The position numbers and the translations under genes are program-made. Shown here piece by piece: positions 44,221 through 52,377 of a stretch of 64,000 bases of DNA (positions within the stretch are counted from its first letter, which is position 1; each line of letters begins with the position of its first letter). The notes beneath the pieces were generated by a model. It did not search any database. It saw only the letters and a program-made list of their open reading frames with translations, and was not told the origin of the DNA. The stretch covers positions 43,285 through 107,284 of the forward strand of contig JBJXEI010000125.1 of the NCBI GenBank assembly GCA_046154065.1, read 5' to 3'. This DNA is from Polaromonas sp. (GTDB taxonomy: Bacteria; Pseudomonadota; Gammaproteobacteria; Burkholderiales; Burkholderiaceae_C).

Positions 44221-45597
44221 ATGGCCACAGCCCCAGAACCGGCCGCTGCCGCGCCGTCATCGGTGGTTAGCAACGTCATGGCGGGCGTCTTGACCGCGCT
44301 GATTTTTTACGCCGAGTACATCAGCCTGGGTGCCACCCTGGGCGGGCACCTCGACGGTGCCGGGAAAAGTGCGCAGGCACTGGGCAGCATGCTGGTCATT
44401 GGTGCGGTGCTGATGTGCTGCCTCAGCAGCCTGTGCTGGCGCCTGCCGATTCCACTGCTCGCCGGGCCGCGCGCGGCCTCGCTGTTGCTGCTGCTGGCCG
44501 GCATGGACTGGGCCCGGTCACACACCACCGACACGCTGGTGTTGCCCGCGACCACGGCCACCCTCGTCATCGGCCTGATGCTGGTCGTTGCCGCAGGGGT
44601 GCAGTTGCTGGGGCGCATCAACGCCGTGCGCGACCGCGTTCAAGCCGCCGACAAGGCCCTGACGCGCGGCTTCATGTTTGTGACCGCTGCAGGCATCGTC
44701 GGCGGCATGGTGGACAAACAGCTGGCCGCCTGCCTGCAACTGGACTTCTGGGCCACGCTGGCTATTTTTGGGACCAGCGTGGCCGCCGCCAGTGGCTGGA
44801 TGAAATGGTGTGAGGCCGGCAGTGACGCCCGCAAGCGCTTCAAGGCCGCGTCGATTTTCATTGGCATGGGCCTGGCATGGGCAGGCTATGCCGCCTTCTT
44901 GCCGGGGGCCAGCAGTGCCAATGGCTGCGGCACATTGGGCACTGTCGGCCTGGAGTGGCAGGCCCTGGCCGTGCGGCTGCCGGGTTGGTCGCAGGCCGCA
45001 CCGGCGGTGCAGGGCCTGGGCCTGCGGGACTGGGCCGTGGTGGCGCTGCTGGGGCTGGCCATGGGGGCCGTGCAGCTGATTGAAACCATGACAGCGCTGG
45101 AAGGCACCCGCGACATCGGCCAGCACCCTGATCTGTGGCCACGCTACCTCGCCGCCAGCGCCACGGCCAATTTGCTGTGCGCGCCGTTGGGGCTGGCTGG
45201 CAGCGCCTGGTCAGGCTCACGCAGCACCGCGCTGGCACAGGCCTCCGGCACGTCACGGGTGGCCGTGGCGGTGCATGGCTTGTCGCTGGTGGCCATCGCC
45301 CTGTTGGCCGGGGGCCTGGTGGCGCGTGTGCCTTTGTTGGCCATCGCGGTTGCCCTGACGATGGTGGCGGTGCAGATGATCGACGAAAAAACCGAAAAAG
45401 ACGTGTGGCAACCCGGCTACCAGCCCACCGCCAAGCCTGCCAAGGTCAAGGCCACCTGGCTGTTTTGGGGGGTGGTCGGGGTCGGGTTCTTCAGCGGTCA
45501 AGCCATTGCCGGCCTGATGGCAGGCGCGCTGGCCACCGTGTTCTACCGCTTCTGGCTCCGCCGCTTTTCCCCCACCCCTCATCCCGCACGTTCATGA
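44221..45597 (+). CDS. SulP/SLC26-like membrane protein lacking STAS
   Basis: Many TMs; AGVLTALI, LAGPRAAS, ANLLCAPLG..S.WSGSRS and VP.LAIA..L..VA..MID resemble the SulP core; ends right after the last TM. Confidence 0.65.
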   Translation: MATAPEPAAAAPSSVVSNVMAGVLTALIFYAEYISLGATLGGHLDGAGKSAQALGSMLVIGAVLMCCLSSLCWRLPIPLLAGPRAASLLLLLAGMDWARSHTTDTLVLPATTATLVIGLMLVVAAGVQLLGRINAVRDRVQAADKALTRGFMFVTAAGIVGGMVDKQLAACLQLDFWATLAIFGTSVAAASGWMKWCEAGSDARKRFKAASIFIGMGLAWAGYAAFLPGASSANGCGTLGTVGLEWQALAVRLPGWSQAAPAVQGLGLRDWAVVALLGLAMGAVQLIETMTALEGTRDIGQHPDLWPRYLAASATANLLCAPLGLAGSAWSGSRSTALAQASGTSRVAVAVHGLSLVAIALLAGGLVARVPLLAIAVALTMVAVQMIDEKTEKDVWQPGYQPTAKPAKVKATWLFWGVVGVGFFSGQAIAGLMAGALATVFYRFWLRRFSPTPHPARS

Positions 45598-46997
45598 CCC
45601 CCACGCCCCCGCCCGCTCACCACCAACCCGCACCGCCAAAGTCCTGGGTCCAATGTTTTCTGCCCGATTGGAAAGTCTGTTTTGTCACCCTGTGGTTGGC
45701 AGGCGGTTTGCTGGCAGCTGAACACAGCGGCTGGCTTGACGGGCTGGACAACCTGATGTTTGCGCACGCTGTGGACACCTCCCGCGCAGCACCGCCAGAC
45801 GAGCAGACGGCGGCAGAAACACTGATCGTGACCATTTCGCCGGCCCTGTACGAAACCGCCTTCCGCGAACGCAGTCCCCTGGACCCGCGTGTGCTGGACC
45901 GCATCCTCAGCGCCATCGTGGACAGCCGCCCCACGCTGCTGGCCGTTGACCTGGACCTGTCGCCATCCCCCAGCGACGCTGACCTGCCCGATGCGCCCGC
46001 TGCCCGCGCATCGCTGTTGGCACGCCTGGGCGGGCTGGCCAACGCAGGGGCGCGGGTGCTGGTGGTGTTGCCTGGAGCCGCCAGCACGGCGCTAGAGCAA
46101 GGCCGCAAAACGCAGTGGGCCAGCAGTGCCTGCCAGGCCGGCGTGGAGCTGGCCGACCCGAACCTGGGCCTGACCCAAACCCCGGCAGGCTTGAGCCTGC
46201 TGAAATATGTGCCGCACCTGCCCTCGCTCGGGGTGTTGATGGCCTCGCCCACCCGCGAGGGCCTGTGTGCCAGCCGCAATGCTGCCGGTCAGCTGCCCGC
46301 CCTCATGCTGGCCCCGAACAGCGCCGCTGCCGCCCTGATGAACCAGAGCGCACCCAGCGAGCGCCTGCGCATCAACTTCAAGGGGTTTGACAAGGCACGT
46401 GTCGTGCCCCTGGCCACACTGGCCGAGGTTGACTCGCTGGCGCAGGTGATTGCCGCGTCGAAGGCCAAAACCGTCTTGCTGGCCGGAGGCTACGCGCTGT
46501 CCGACACCTTCGCCCTGCCCAACGCCAAACTGGTCAACGGGGCAGAAATCCACGCTGCCGTGGCTTACAGCGAGAAAAACCCGGTGCGCGCCGAGCACCT
46601 GAGCGCCTACCTGCTGGACCTGTTCATGGGCGTGGCGGTGGGCACGCTGCTGGCCTGGCTGTGGCACAGCTACCAACAAACCAGCTTGTTTCACCACAAG
46701 GCGCTGTGCCTGGCCGGCGCGGTAGGCTGCATTGCCGCGCCGTCGTGGCTGCTGATCTACCTGATGCCCACCGCCTTGACCCACGACCTGTGGATCAACG
46801 CCGTGCCGCTGTTCATCGGGCTGGCCGTTCACGGGCTCATCGAAACCCTGCACACCGGCCACCACGCGCCAGCCAAAACCCCAACCTCTTTGCAGCTACT
46901 TCTTGACCGCTGCGGCAACGCCCTGTGGCTGCTGCTGCGGCTGGCCCTGGCGGGCACCGGCCTGTGGCTGGTCGGGTTGAGCTTTTTCCACCACTGA
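45594..46997 (+). CDS. CHASE2-domain membrane sensor with no catalytic output domain
   Basis: N-terminal TM; LIVTIS...SPLDPRVL..IL..I....P.LLAVDLD and VLLAG...DTF..P....NGAEIHA CHASE2-like motifs; four C-terminal TMs; ATGA overlap with the upstream gene. Confidence 0.75.
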   Translation: MTPTPPPAHHQPAPPKSWVQCFLPDWKVCFVTLWLAGGLLAAEHSGWLDGLDNLMFAHAVDTSRAAPPDEQTAAETLIVTISPALYETAFRERSPLDPRVLDRILSAIVDSRPTLLAVDLDLSPSPSDADLPDAPAARASLLARLGGLANAGARVLVVLPGAASTALEQGRKTQWASSACQAGVELADPNLGLTQTPAGLSLLKYVPHLPSLGVLMASPTREGLCASRNAAGQLPALMLAPNSAAAALMNQSAPSERLRINFKGFDKARVVPLATLAEVDSLAQVIAASKAKTVLLAGGYALSDTFALPNAKLVNGAEIHAAVAYSEKNPVRAEHLSAYLLDLFMGVAVGTLLAWLWHSYQQTSLFHHKALCLAGAVGCIAAPSWLLIYLMPTALTHDLWINAVPLFIGLAVHGLIETLHTGHHAPAKTPTSLQLLLDRCGNALWLLLRLALAGTGLWLVGLSFFHH

Positions 46998-47022
46998 TTC
47001 ACGGCTTTCAAAGGAACACACC

Positions 47023-47811
47023 ATGACCCAAACCACTGCGTTGCGCGGCGTGGCCGCTTGGGCCCTGTCAGCGGGCCTGCTGATCGGCGGCCCCACATTG
47101 GCCGCCACCTGCGTGGCCTACCCCTCGGGGGCCACCACACTGCAGATCGCCGGCCAAAGTGTCGCTTTGCCAGTGGCCAGAGAGATCGACCCCTGCGTGG
47201 GGGTGGTCCGCCAGGGCGGCGTGGTGATTGTCATGCGGGGAGCCGATGGTCTGACCACCACCCGCGAGTTCCGGGAGGGCGCCAGCTTTGACGCCAGCAC
47301 GCTGGGCGTGGCCCGGCCGGGCAAGCTGATCACGGCGGTGCTGACTGGCAGCTTTGTGTCGCGTCCCGGCTCCAGCCGGGGCCCTTTGGCGCACCCCGAA
47401 GCCTTTGGTATTCCGGTGGGCGACATTTTGTTGCCCACCCAGGCGCTGGTGGTGGGCCCCAGCCAGGCGCTGCAGGCCTCAGGGTTCAGTGAACTGGTGG
47501 TGTTCAACCAGGCCAGTGACGCGCCGCTGTTGACGCTGGCGCTGACGACTGCCCAGCCCGCCCAGATCCCGGCCGGGCTGTTCAGCCCCGGTGGCCGTTA
47601 TTCATGGACCCTGCGCGGGGTGGGCGGTGCGGGTGGCAGCCAAAGCGGTGTGTTCCAGGTGCTCAGCGCGCAGCGCCAGCAGGCCGTCACCGCCTCTCTG
47701 GCCACGGCTGGCAACTCCGGGCTGGCCGCGCAGTTGAGCCACATCGGCCTGCTGATCGACCAGGAACTCACCTTCGACGCGGTTCAGCGGCAGGCCAGCC
47801 TGCCCCGCTGA
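47023..47811 (+). CDS. Secreted protein, DUF928-like (putative)
   Basis: RBS AAGGAA; signal peptide; Cys pair; GSSRG linker; PGGRYSWTL...GVFQVLS followed by a helical tail. Confidence 0.55.
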   Translation: MTQTTALRGVAAWALSAGLLIGGPTLAATCVAYPSGATTLQIAGQSVALPVAREIDPCVGVVRQGGVVIVMRGADGLTTTREFREGASFDASTLGVARPGKLITAVLTGSFVSRPGSSRGPLAHPEAFGIPVGDILLPTQALVVGPSQALQASGFSELVVFNQASDAPLLTLALTTAQPAQIPAGLFSPGGRYSWTLRGVGGAGGSQSGVFQVLSAQRQQAVTASLATAGNSGLAAQLSHIGLLIDQELTFDAVQRQASLPR

Positions 47812-47845
47812 AGCCCGGCCTTCACACCGTCAGCGGGTTACTGCG

Positions 47846-49636
47846 TTACTGCGTGACGGAGAAATAAAAGTCCCCCGTCAGCGCCGAATTTTCCCACGGC
47901 GTCTGGGCGTTGGTGGACTCTTTCATCACGTTTTCACGCACGCGTTTGAACACGTCCTCGATCTTGCGGTTGGGCACCTGCAGCTCCCGCAGCAGGTACT
48001 TCGTGTACAGCCCGTTGCGGCCCGTGCCGTCCTGCGCGGTTTTGTTCGGTGCGGTAGAAAACGCCACGATGCTGCCACGCGGCGCGCTGATCGATGCCAG
48101 GCCCGCCTGCTCGCCCGCGCTGCGCGCGCCTGCCGGAAACGGGTTGTTGCGGCAAGCGTCCAAAATGATGATGGACAGCCGCGGATTGCGGTCTTCCAGC
48201 CGCCGCATGATGGACAAATCCATGTCGATCGCCTCGGTGCTCAGGTCGGCGGTGGTCTGAATGCGTGCATCCACCGGGATCAAATAATTGATGCCCCGCG
48301 ACTGCACCCCGTGGCCCGCATAAAACACCAGCGCCGTGGAGTTGTCGCGGATTTTCAGCTCGAAGGCCCGCACGGCCTGTGTGATCTGCTCCCGGGTGCC
48401 GTCGCTCACGCGGATGACTTCAAACCGCTGCTTTTTGAGCGCCGCTTCCATGTCCAGGGCGTCGTTGATCGGGTTGCGCAGCGCCGGAATATTGCTGTAG
48501 CGTGCATTGCCTATCACCAGCGCGATGCGGTGCTCCCCCTGCACCTGGGCGCGGTCCGCCGCGCTAAGTTTCTGGTCCTGAATTGACGACGGGGCGCGCG
48601 CTGTGGCCAGCGGCACAGGTTCCTTGCCAATGCCACGGACCTTGTTGGAGTCCTTGACCAGCATGCTCACGCGCGCCAGCGCTTCGCTGACGACAGGCGT
48701 CGGGGTTTTGGTCAGGGTATCGGCCGTTTTGTAGAACTCGACCGCCTCAAACAAGCGCCCGCGCGCCTCCTGGCACAGGCCCATGCTGTAGGTCAGCGCC
48801 ACTGACTGTTTGGCCTGCTCGTACAGCTCGCCAAACTGGTCGCAGGCGCGGTCCATGCGGTTGGCCTTGGCAAACGCCAGCGCGTTGCGAAACAGCGTCT
48901 GCTCTGCCGCGGCCAGGCCGTCGGGCTCCTCGATCAGCTTGACTGCCAGGTTTTGCTCCGTCGCAATCAGTGAAGCCCGCACCTTACCCATCACACTGGC
49001 GTAGGCCGCGCCCAGCATGTCCGGGCCGGTGCGCAGGGACTTCCACGACTCGTGCTGGCAGGCGGTGTCTTCCACGGATTCCGACAGGGTTTTGCCCCAC
49101 ACGGTGCGCTGGTCGCGGGCGTCACTGACCCGAACCGCCACCGAATAAATCGCGCTGCGCTTGGTGCAGAAGCGGGTCACCTCCCGAAACTGCTTGCAGT
49201 TTTTCAGGCCCAGGATATTTTTGGTGTCGCCTTGCACGGCGCATTCCTGCTCGACCCTGTTTTGCGCCTGGTCCGTCCAGCCTGAGCCCAGAACCTCCCC
49301 GGCAACCACCGCGTCCACCGCACCCACCGCCGCTGGCGCACCGGAGCGGGGGCGGCCGGCCTGCATGAAGACCTCGTACGGCACGGTTTTCACCAGCGCC
49401 TGCTCACCCACCCGGTTGCTGGCCAGCGCCACGTCAATGTCCCGCGTGATCTGCCCTCCGTTGGCGCCGGAAAAAGGCCGCACGGTGAACACCTTGTACT
49501 TCAACGACTCCTCAAACTCCGGCGCCTTCACGGCGCTGATGTTCACCACCGGGGCGGTTTGCAGGCAGCCCTGCAGCAGCCCAGTGCCCAGCAAAACCGT
49601 AGAAAAAGCAAATTTTTGAAAGGCAGAAATAGTCAT
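47846..49636 (-). CDS. Caspase-family (peptidase C14) lipoprotein with CsgG-like/TPR-like N-terminal region
   Basis: Lipobox LQGC; RIALVIGNARY, LRNPINDA, FYAGHG (His), ILDACR (Cys), QTPW; TPR-like helix pair YSMGLCQEARG..EAVEFY..A. Confidence 0.88.
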   Translation of the reverse strand: MTISAFQKFAFSTVLLGTGLLQGCLQTAPVVNISAVKAPEFEESLKYKVFTVRPFSGANGGQITRDIDVALASNRVGEQALVKTVPYEVFMQAGRPRSGAPAAVGAVDAVVAGEVLGSGWTDQAQNRVEQECAVQGDTKNILGLKNCKQFREVTRFCTKRSAIYSVAVRVSDARDQRTVWGKTLSESVEDTACQHESWKSLRTGPDMLGAAYASVMGKVRASLIATEQNLAVKLIEEPDGLAAAEQTLFRNALAFAKANRMDRACDQFGELYEQAKQSVALTYSMGLCQEARGRLFEAVEFYKTADTLTKTPTPVVSEALARVSMLVKDSNKVRGIGKEPVPLATARAPSSIQDQKLSAADRAQVQGEHRIALVIGNARYSNIPALRNPINDALDMEAALKKQRFEVIRVSDGTREQITQAVRAFELKIRDNSTALVFYAGHGVQSRGINYLIPVDARIQTTADLSTEAIDMDLSIMRRLEDRNPRLSIIILDACRNNPFPAGARSAGEQAGLASISAPRGSIVAFSTAPNKTAQDGTGRNGLYTKYLLRELQVPNRKIEDVFKRVRENVMKESTNAQTPWENSALTGDFYFSVTQ

Positions 49637-49748
49637 CGCTGGATGTTATTTCAAATTTTTACGCCGGGCGCGTTTTGATACAGGTAGTGCCGCCATGGTG
49701 GCAAGCACCCCACATTCACCGACTCATTGACTCAGAAAGACACCTCCC

Positions 49749-50579
49749 ATGATCCGAGGAAAAATCCTGCGGGACACCGCGTCCGGCACCGGCCTGGCCT
49801 CTGCCCAGGGCCAGCAACACCCCTTTTCACTGGAGCAGCACTGGCGCTCCGACGACGTGCCCACCGTCGGCATGGCGGTGGACATCGAGCTCAGCGCGGT
49901 CGGCGCGCTGCTGTCCCTGCGGCCTGTTTCGGTGCAACAACAAACGCAAGAAAGCCTGCGGGACATCGGCCGGCAACTGCAGGACAAGGGCCTGCCAGTG
50001 CTGAAAACGCACGCCACCTCAATGGTCAGCCGCGTGGGCTGGATCAAACTCGCGCTGTTGGGCGCGCTGGCGGTCGGCTGGCTGGGCTTTGCCACGCTCA
50101 CCGTGCGGCTTGGCGGCAACCTGAGCCAGTCGCTCAGCCTGCATGACCTGCTTCAGCTGGTCAACGCGGGCACCGGGCTGGACGGCCTGGGCAGCTTGCG
50201 CCACGGCAGCGCCGGGTGGTACGGGCTGGCCATGTGGCTGGCGCTGCTGGCCCCGCTGCTGCCCGACGTCTGGCATCACCGCTGGGCCCCGCTGAGCTTG
50301 TTCGCGCCGCTCGGCTTCATGCTGCTGACGGGCGCGGTGGCCAGGGCAAAGATCAGCGCAGGCACCCAGGACGCGGGGGCCATGGCCGGGGCCTTCGGCG
50401 GCCCGCAGGCCGCAGCCATGGCCCAGCGCATGGCCGACGAAATGCTCTCGCAAATCATGCAGGCGATCTCCCTTGGATTTGGCTTCTACCTGGCCCTGGC
50501 CGCCGCGCTGGTCCTGGCCGCCCTGGGCGCGCGGGCCCTGCTGTTCACGCGCCCCGCACCGGCCGCTTCTTTTCTCTAA
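49749..50579 (+). CDS. Membrane protein with N-terminal OB/cold-shock-like beta domain
   Basis: RGKILRD...G......QHPFSL..W.S...P.VGMAVDI followed by about four TMs. Confidence 0.65.
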   Translation: MIRGKILRDTASGTGLASAQGQQHPFSLEQHWRSDDVPTVGMAVDIELSAVGALLSLRPVSVQQQTQESLRDIGRQLQDKGLPVLKTHATSMVSRVGWIKLALLGALAVGWLGFATLTVRLGGNLSQSLSLHDLLQLVNAGTGLDGLGSLRHGSAGWYGLAMWLALLAPLLPDVWHHRWAPLSLFAPLGFMLLTGAVARAKISAGTQDAGAMAGAFGGPQAAAMAQRMADEMLSQIMQAISLGFGFYLALAAALVLAALGARALLFTRPAPAASFL

Positions 50580-50613
50580 ACCCTAACCCCCCTCCCACTC
50601 ACAGGAACCCACC

Positions 50614-51342
50614 ATGCTGATGAAAACCTTCGCCCTGTCCGCCACCTTCTTGCTGCTGGCCGCCTGCTCCAAACCCGAGCCCTCGGCCTCGCCCCCGACG
50701 CTGGCTGACGCCAAGTCCCCCGAGCAGGTCAAAGCGGCGGTGATCCAGAAACAAATCGCCGAGGCACCCCAGGGCGACCCGGCCAAACCGCTGGCGCAGT
50801 ACCAGGAACTGAGCAGCGGCAAGCAGCTGCAGTTTGCGCAGCTGGCACTGAGCCGCATGCCGATCGACTACGACAAGGTGGCCGAGCGGATCTCCAGCGA
50901 GTACCGCAGCACGCAAGACGCCTTCAAACGCAAGGACATTGCCGCCGCGCTGAAAACAGGCATCGACCAGGAAATCGCCAAGGTCCAACAAAGCGGCTAC
51001 TACTTCATGGACCTGGGCGACAGCCCGGTGCTGGAGAGCTTCAACTTCGAGAAAAAGTCCTTCAAGATCAAGGCCTTTGAAAGCGCCAACAGCTTTCGCT
51101 ATTTCAACGATTTGAGCCAGGTCCGGCTGGGCTTTTCCAACGGCCAGGCGTTTGACGCGCTGATCGTCAACGACGAGGCCAAGGCGCGTGACATTGAGCA
51201 AAAACTGGGCAAGTACAACGAGCTGGGCCTGCGCGTGTACATGTTCCTCAACGGTGTGGAACTGGGCGAGGAGCGGGTCCGGGCACAGGTGATGAAGATC
51301 GAGCTGCGTGACCGCAAGGGCACGGTGGTGGTGGCGCAATAG
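50614..51342 (+). CDS. Hypothetical lipoprotein
   Basis: RBS AGGA; lipobox LAAC; host-like codon usage; YRSTQDAFKR motif. Confidence 0.75.
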   Translation: MLMKTFALSATFLLLAACSKPEPSASPPTLADAKSPEQVKAAVIQKQIAEAPQGDPAKPLAQYQELSSGKQLQFAQLALSRMPIDYDKVAERISSEYRSTQDAFKRKDIAAALKTGIDQEIAKVQQSGYYFMDLGDSPVLESFNFEKKSFKIKAFESANSFRYFNDLSQVRLGFSNGQAFDALIVNDEAKARDIEQKLGKYNELGLRVYMFLNGVELGEERVRAQVMKIELRDRKGTVVVAQ

Positions 51343-51352
51343 GCTGCTAAAA

Positions 51353-51415
51353 CGCTATCAAATCAAGAGCAGCCCAGGCATGCTTTACCTAGGCTAGCGG
51401 CAGATTTGGCATTAA
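51353..51415 (+). repeat. AT-hairpin dispersed repeat, copy G (right edge of island)
   Basis: CGCTATCAAATCAAGAGCagcccaggcatgctttacctaggctagcggcagatttggcattaa. Confidence 0.72.
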
Positions 51416-51441
51416 TGCATCCGTAAAAAGACTCAAAAACC

Positions 51442-51473
51442 CTTGAAATTTAACTCACAGGTTAAATTTCAAG
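51442..51473. repeat. Perfect 13-bp AT-rich inverted repeat
   Basis: CTTGAAATTTAAC-tcacag-GTTAAATTTCAAG. Confidence 0.8.
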
Positions 51474-51571
51474 CCTTCACGCTGTTTACAGCTTGTTTTC
51501 AGGCCTCAAATCAGCGCTAGCCTAGTCGTTCATTGCCTGCCGTGCTCCTGAAAAAGGAGCATCCATGCAGA

Positions 51572-52351
51572 TCAGCGCCGCACCGGAATGCCGCGTGCGG
51601 CCATGTGCTGCTTGGCCTGCTGCACGGTGAATTCACCGTAGTGAAAAATGCTGGCGGCCAGCACCGCGTCGGCACCGCCCTGCTGCACGCCGTCGGCCAG
51701 GTGGTCCAGCGTGCCGACACCGCCGGATGCGATGACGGGCACGTTCACCGCGTCACTCACGGCACGCGTCAGCGCCAGGTCAAAGCCGGATTTGGTGCCG
51801 TCCTTGTCCATGCTGGTCAGCAAAATTTCACCCGCGCCGCGGCGCGCCATCTCGGTGGCCCAGGCCACGGCGTCCAGCCCGGTGTTTTTGCGGCCGCCGT
51901 GGCTGTACACGTCCCAGCCCGGGCCACGCGCAGCGGCGTCTTCCGGGGTGCGGCGTTTGGCGTCAATGGCCACCACGATGCACTGCGCGCCGTATCGGGC
52001 GGACGCGTCTTCGATCACTTGCGGGTTGGCCAGCGCGGCCGAGTTGAAGCTGGTTTTGTCTGCCCCGGCGTTGAGCAGGCGGCGCACGTCTTCCACCGTG
52101 CGCACCCCACCGCCCACCGTCAGGGGAATGAACACCTGGCTGGCCACGGCTTCGATGATGTGCAGGATCACATCGCGCTCATCGCTGGTGGCGGTGATGT
52201 CCAGAAACGTCAGCTCGTCCGCGCCCTGGTCGTTGTAGCGGGCGGCGATCTCCACAGGGTCGCCGGCGTCACGCAGCTGGGTGAAATTAACGCCCTTGAC
52301 GACACGGCCACCGGTCACGTCAAGGCAGGGAATGATGCGTTTTGCGAGCAT
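51572..52351 (-). CDS. hisF: Imidazole glycerol phosphate synthase cyclase subunit
   Basis: [37 protein letters not shown]. Confidence 0.97.
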   Translation of the reverse strand: MLAKRIIPCLDVTGGRVVKGVNFTQLRDAGDPVEIAARYNDQGADELTFLDITATSDERDVILHIIEAVASQVFIPLTVGGGVRTVEDVRRLLNAGADKTSFNSAALANPQVIEDASARYGAQCIVVAIDAKRRTPEDAAARGPGWDVYSHGGRKNTGLDAVAWATEMARRGAGEILLTSMDKDGTKSGFDLALTRAVSDAVNVPVIASGGVGTLDHLADGVQQGGADAVLAASIFHYGEFTVQQAKQHMAARGIPVRR

Positions 52352-52377
52352 GTGAAAACAATCTTGAAGGGATGGCG

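Larger units (their letters stand above)
41976..51342. other. Nine-gene accessory island inserted in the his operon between hisF and hisI
   Basis: Non-housekeeping genes, eight of nine on the strand opposite to his, interrupting the hisF-hisI-hisE order; no integrase or terminal direct repeats seen. Confidence 0.8.

Noticed and set aside
45135-45593. 5' extension of the CHASE2 ORF in the ORF track (620 aa), overlapping the SulP-like gene
   Set aside because: The extension is Arg/Gly-rich off-frame translation; the ATG at 45594 overlapping the SulP stop (ATGA) is the more plausible start.
41976-51342. Island as a prophage, transposon or CRISPR-Cas locus
   Set aside because: No integrase, transposase, phage structural or cas genes, no repeat-spacer array, and no terminal direct repeats found by eye.
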